The position numbers were made by a program, and so were the translations under genes. Positions 59,894 to 64,000 of a stretch of 64,000 bases of DNA are shown here, one piece after another (the first letter of the stretch is position 1; the number at the start of each line of letters is the position of its first letter). The DNA comes from Candidatus Bathyarchaeia archaeon (GTDB lineage: Archaea; Thermoproteota; Bathyarchaeia; TCS64). The notes beneath the pieces were generated by a model. The model searched no databases. It had not been told where the DNA came from and saw nothing but the letters and a program-made list of their open reading frames with translations. The DNA lies in NCBI GenBank assembly GCA_050014495.1, contig JBEKDF010000002.1:64001-128000 (forward strand), given 5' to 3'.

Positions 59894-61188
59894 GGTCTGT
59901 AGCTCCTCACGAAGTCCTCGGTCGCGAATAGGTAATTGTCGACATCCTCAGTTGTGTGGGGGCTGCTTATCCAGCAGTGGCTCACGTTCGGGTTGAGGAA
60001 GACTATACCCTTATCAAGCATGTTTGTGAAGTACGCCTTCGTGGCGGCCAAATCGTTTTTGGATGTGTCCGAGGCGTTGCGGGGGATCTTCGCCTGGAAG
60101 TGGATGGCGAAGGTTGAGCCGACGCCTGTAACCGTTGCGGGCAGCTTTCCTCTCTCAAAGACGTCTTCGAGTCCGTCTCTCATTCGCCTCCCCAGCTTGT
60201 CGATGCTGATGTAGATCTTCCCATCCTTGAGGAGATCTAGAGTCATACAGCCCGCGATCATGCTCACGGGATTGCCCGTGAATGTGCCACCGTGGGCGAC
60301 GCGTTCCTCCGTCTTCGGATACTTTCTCTGGTCTATGAGTTCCATTATATCGGCTGGGCCGCAGAAGGCTCCGATGGGGAAACCCCCCCCTATGATCTTG
60401 CCGAGGATGGTCAGATCGGGTTTGACTCCGTAGAGCTCCTGGGCTCCCCCCGGGGCTAGGCGGAACCCCGTCACCACCTCGTCGAAGACTAGTAGGGTCC
60501 CGGTCTCGTCGCAGACTTCCCGTAACCCCTGTAGGTAGCCTGGCTCTGGTGTGATGAAGCCCGCGGCTGCCATCACCGGCTCTAGAATAATGCATGCATA
60601 TTCCCTGGTTCTGATGCGTTTTTTAGCTGCCTCTAGGTCGTTGAAGGGAACCGCATCTGTATCCTCGGTCGTCTTCGGGTTCAACCCCGCTGACTCCGAT
60701 TTCGTGTATGGATAGGTCACCGCTTTGTGGAGGCTATCATATCCCCCATGCCATCCCCCCTCTACCTTGAGCATCTTCATCCTGTTAGCGTATGCTCGGG
60801 CAAGGCGGGTCCCATACATGTTAGCCTCAGTCCCGCTCGTGCAGTATCTCACCATCTCCGCCGAGGGGACGTTTCTCACGATCCTCTCCGCCAGCTCGAT
60901 CTCAAGCTCGTGGCTGAATCCTATGTGGGTCCCTTTGGGTAGCTGCTTCTTCACGGCGTCCATCACCCTCCGTGGGCTGTGACCCAGGATCAGCGCGCCG
61001 TGGCCCACCCAGTAGTCCGTGTACTCGTTCCCATCCACGTCTCTGAGCTTTACGCCCTGGGCTTCCTCAACGAAGAATGGGTATGGAGGAAGTGCACGTA
61101 TCCCATAGCTAACACCGGAAGGTAGAACCTTGCAGGCCCTATCAAACAACTCCTTTGACTTCAGTGTCTTCCTAGCGAAACCGCTCAT
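59890..61188 (-). CDS. Glutamate-1-semialdehyde aminomutase-like class III aminotransferase
   Basis: SGTEA, GGWHG, DEVVTGFR, GKIIGGGFP, GTF.GNP; no hem genes nearby. Confidence 0.85.
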   Translation of the reverse strand: MSGFARKTLKSKELFDRACKVLPSGVSYGIRALPPYPFFVEEAQGVKLRDVDGNEYTDYWVGHGALILGHSPRRVMDAVKKQLPKGTHIGFSHELEIELAERIVRNVPSAEMVRYCTSGTEANMYGTRLARAYANRMKMLKVEGGWHGGYDSLHKAVTYPYTKSESAGLNPKTTEDTDAVPFNDLEAAKKRIRTREYACIILEPVMAAAGFITPEPGYLQGLREVCDETGTLLVFDEVVTGFRLAPGGAQELYGVKPDLTILGKIIGGGFPIGAFCGPADIMELIDQRKYPKTEERVAHGGTFTGNPVSMIAGCMTLDLLKDGKIYISIDKLGRRMRDGLEDVFERGKLPATVTGVGSTFAIHFQAKIPRNASDTSKNDLAATKAYFTNMLDKGIVFLNPNVSHCWISSPHTTEDVDNYLFATEDFVRSYRP

Positions 61189-61599
61189 CAGGTACCCCAG
61201 CCATGGGATACGGGTCTCACGTATTAATTATTTTTAACGGGATTTTTAATTGATTTAATGGGGAATGACTTTCGGGGTCGTTTATAAACGTCATTATGTT
61301 TGGTGATGTGGTTTTCACCTTTTGATCTTAGAAATTTTTAAACTATTACGAATGAAAGCAAAGCTAATGATTTCGTCACAAGCTGTGCGTGTATAATGAC
61401 CAAATTACCCTTCAACACCGATACTATCGGTAGTTATAATCTATTTACCTAAACCAACCGATATTTCTGCCGGATTGGATACTGATATACTGATCATGCA
61501 AGGATCGAAGGCGACATAGAGCTGTTCTAAATACTAGCATTCGCGCACTCGAGATTAGATGTGTATACTATCAAATAACTGAGAATCGTTAGGGTATAA

Positions 61600-62490
61600 G
61601 TGGTGACTACCCTGCAATTGAGCTCCAAGATAGCTGTCGTCGCCGCTCTCTCTCTCGGCGCAATCATGCTAGCCGCCCTAACCATAATGCAGACACCAAA
61701 CTTCAACACAAGAACAATCCAAGTTGAATACGTCGGGTACAAAGATTTCAAGGAACTAGCCGAATCCGCCAAAGTGATCGTGACGGGAACCGTCGAATCG
61801 ATCAAGTCCACAAGCAACGCCAGCGCCCAGATCCCGTCCACAACCTTCGAGGTGAAGATCGAGAGAATATCCAAGCTCTCCCCAGACGGGGGAATGGGAA
61901 CAGTCATGGTTCAACAGTTCGGCTCCAAGAGTGGAAGATTCACGGTGGAGGAAGCCGATAACCCCTTGATGAAGATGGGCGACGAGTACGTGTTCTTCCT
62001 CGTAGGCGGAGAGGATAATGGCTGGCAAGTTCCCTACGGAACAACCGGGCCATACGGGAAATTCCAAGTCATCTCAGGCACCATTTACCCACTCAGCCAA
62101 AGCTGGTCACGGTATCAGGGGATGAGCCTGTATCAGTTCCTCGGCGAGGTGGATTCCGCACTCGGAGTCAAGACGACCTACTCGTCCCTCTGGGAGGCCA
62201 AACCTGAGATAGTGAATCAGACCGAATGGAAGATCCTACCTCCATCGGAGTATCCCGCCCCCGTTTGGCTTCTGGAGACGTGGATCGGGAAGATCGGTCT
62301 CCATTGGGATGAGCTGTCGAAGAAGGGTGTCATCCTCTGGTCCTGTGGTCGTGTGGGGAATGGGAAGCTACTGGTAAGCATGGATGTTGTCTCAAATGAG
62401 ACCGTGAGTACCTTCATGGAAACGATTCAGGGCGAGGTCCCACCCGGAATACTTATGATAGCAAAGGGTTCGCCAGCTATAGCGGTCTAG
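61600..62490 (+). CDS. Secreted or membrane-anchored hypothetical protein
   Basis: N-terminal hydrophobic helix; IVTGTVES and GDEYVFFL segments. Confidence 0.7.
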   Translation: MVTTLQLSSKIAVVAALSLGAIMLAALTIMQTPNFNTRTIQVEYVGYKDFKELAESAKVIVTGTVESIKSTSNASAQIPSTTFEVKIERISKLSPDGGMGTVMVQQFGSKSGRFTVEEADNPLMKMGDEYVFFLVGGEDNGWQVPYGTTGPYGKFQVISGTIYPLSQSWSRYQGMSLYQFLGEVDSALGVKTTYSSLWEAKPEIVNQTEWKILPPSEYPAPVWLLETWIGKIGLHWDELSKKGVILWSCGRVGNGKLLVSMDVVSNETVSTFMETIQGEVPPGILMIAKGSPAIAV

Positions 62491-62505
62491 ATTACATTCT
62501 ATGCT

Positions 62506-62910
62506 TTAGTTGAAGACATTCGTGTGCAGTGCGCGAGATATGTTGAGATAAGTTGGATTGCTAGATGCGACTTCAATTATTAACGCGTCGTAGCCCGCGT
62601 TTCTTATTCCGTCTGCGAACCAACCTGAACAGTTACCCTCACCCCATATTTGGGTCAGTGGCGATTTGCCGGCCACTACGAATCTCGTGTCTCCTGGTAT
62701 CCCCGTTTTATTGATGGGGCCCAGGGCGAAGACGAGTTTATTTTTTGGGCCAAGTGGATCTATCCTTGGTTTCAACTCTTTATAGAGTAGATCGATGGCT
62801 AGTCCTTTTCCGCCGACGAAGAATCTTGCATCTTTTTCATTAAATTTTTCGTTAATAGTCTTCCCATTTGTTAGGTTAACTCTCAAAATTTTCCCATGCA
62901 TTCCAAACAT
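62506..62910 (-). pseudogene. N-terminal fragment of aldehyde:ferredoxin oxidoreductase
   Basis: GKILRVNL, DPLGPKN, KSPLT, AGYDALIIE; only 134 aa, family similarity stops near 62535. Confidence 0.85.
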
Positions 62911-63043
62911 TTATCTGCCAAACTTTTCATCCCAAAAATGATTATTTAACATTATGCGCCAGTTCTTGTTTTAATGTTCTGAGCTGTAACCCTGAATGGC
63001 TTGCGCATGAGAAAAAACCTGCGCGCGCGAAAAAATGAGTAAT

Positions 63044-64000
63044 TTATGCCTTATATACGACTAACCCGTCAAGGATCGTTATCCAGGCCTTGCTCCGCTT
63101 CATCATTCTCTCCATCTTCTCAACCGTCTCAGGCTTAGTGTCTTTGAGCTTGAACCAATCACCGGTAATATCCCCATCAAAGATCGCGATATCCGCCAAC
63201 TTCCCACGTTCAATCGTGCCCCTTATGGCCTCCTCACGCGCGACGTAAGCACCCTCGTACGTGAAGCAGCGAACAGCCTCCTCAACGGATATTCTGCTGC
63301 CGGGCTGGGGATGGTTAACTGCGGACCAGATCCCATAAAGCGGGTGGAATGGCATCCCATCTGAGCCAAATGGCATATGAAAGCCTAGGTCAAGGAGACA
63401 CCTGTATGGGTTTCCCCTCGCCAGCCTCTTCCTACCGATCCTCATTTCATACATCCCACCAGGCCAGCCCCACTCACCAACGAAGTTGGGCTGCATCGAC
63501 GCGACGACCCCGAGACGCTGCGCCCTCTCAATGTCATCATCGGTTGGGTACTCGAAGTGCTCTATCCGGTACCGATGATCTGGGCGTGGGTCAAACTTTA
63601 GTGCTTCCTCTATCCTATCGATAGCCTCAGTGCAAGCGCGGTCGCCAATCGCGTGAATCGCCACTTCACCTTTCTTTGCGTGCTGCTCAAGGACCACCCT
63701 CTTATTCCTCTCCTGGTCGCCCACGTATACTCCGCAGGTCGAGGGGTTGTCGGCGTATGGCTCATACATCAGAGCAGTTTGGGCCCCAGCTGAACCATCG
63801 ATGCCTATCTTCAGGGTGCCAAATGTGAGCCACTGATCACCCGACCACTCACGAGGGTACCATGTCATGACGTGGCAGCGGAGGTGAAGGTCATTCTCCT
63901 TTCGCGCATCAACGTAGGGCTTAGTGGAGAGATGAGGCGCAGATTCATCGGGTCGGCTGCAGTCGGTGATACCCGTGCAGCCTAAGCTGTGAGCGAGGGC
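63044..64000 (-). CDS. Amidohydrolase-3 (YtcJ-like), 5' truncated by window
   Basis: K..IDGS, HAIGDRA, RIEH, FGSD, GKLAD; frame open to window end. Confidence 0.9.
   Translation of the reverse strand, partial: ALAHSLGCTGITDCSRPDESAPHLSTKPYVDARKENDLHLRCHVMTWYPREWSGDQWLTFGTLKIGIDGSAGAQTALMYEPYADNPSTCGVYVGDQERNKRVVLEQHAKKGEVAIHAIGDRACTEAIDRIEEALKFDPRPDHRYRIEHFEYPTDDDIERAQRLGVVASMQPNFVGEWGWPGGMYEMRIGRKRLARGNPYRCLLDLGFHMPFGSDGMPFHPLYGIWSAVNHPQPGSRISVEEAVRCFTYEGAYVAREEAIRGTIERGKLADIAIFDGDITGDWFKLKDTKPETVEKMERMMKRSKAWITILDGLVVYKA

Noticed and set aside
61200..61600. Replication origin in the AT-rich gap
   Set aside because: No repeated ORB-like motifs and no cdc6 nearby.
1..64000. CRISPR array, rRNA, intact IS element
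   Set aside because: No regularly spaced repeats, rRNA-length conserved sequence or transposase ORF seen.

Overview
Archaeal chromosomal window. Evidence: archaeal-type DnaG, TyrRS, NurA-HerA-Mre11-Rad50, SRP RNA, TATA-like promoters and GGTGA Shine-Dalgarno motifs. Gene content and the integrase tail suggest Bathyarchaeia, which is an inference. About 65 CDS: peptide and amino-acid catabolism (three M20, M14, amidase, DmpA, several aminotransferases), transporters, DNA repair and ribosome-related genes. RNA genes are tRNA-Leu(GAG), tRNA-His(GUG) and SRP RNA. The ORF track misses several elements: a candidate two-hairpin H/ACA guide RNA whose first pocket matches 23S helix 69, a highly structured ~190-nt leader on dnaG, a hairpin downstream of a small RHH gene, and small ORFs with non-canonical starts. 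Alternating CG tracts (GCGCGC/CGCGCG) recur at the edges of AT-rich inserts and at two gene truncation points. No CRISPR array or intact mobile element was seen. All family calls come from motif recognition by eye; no searches were run.
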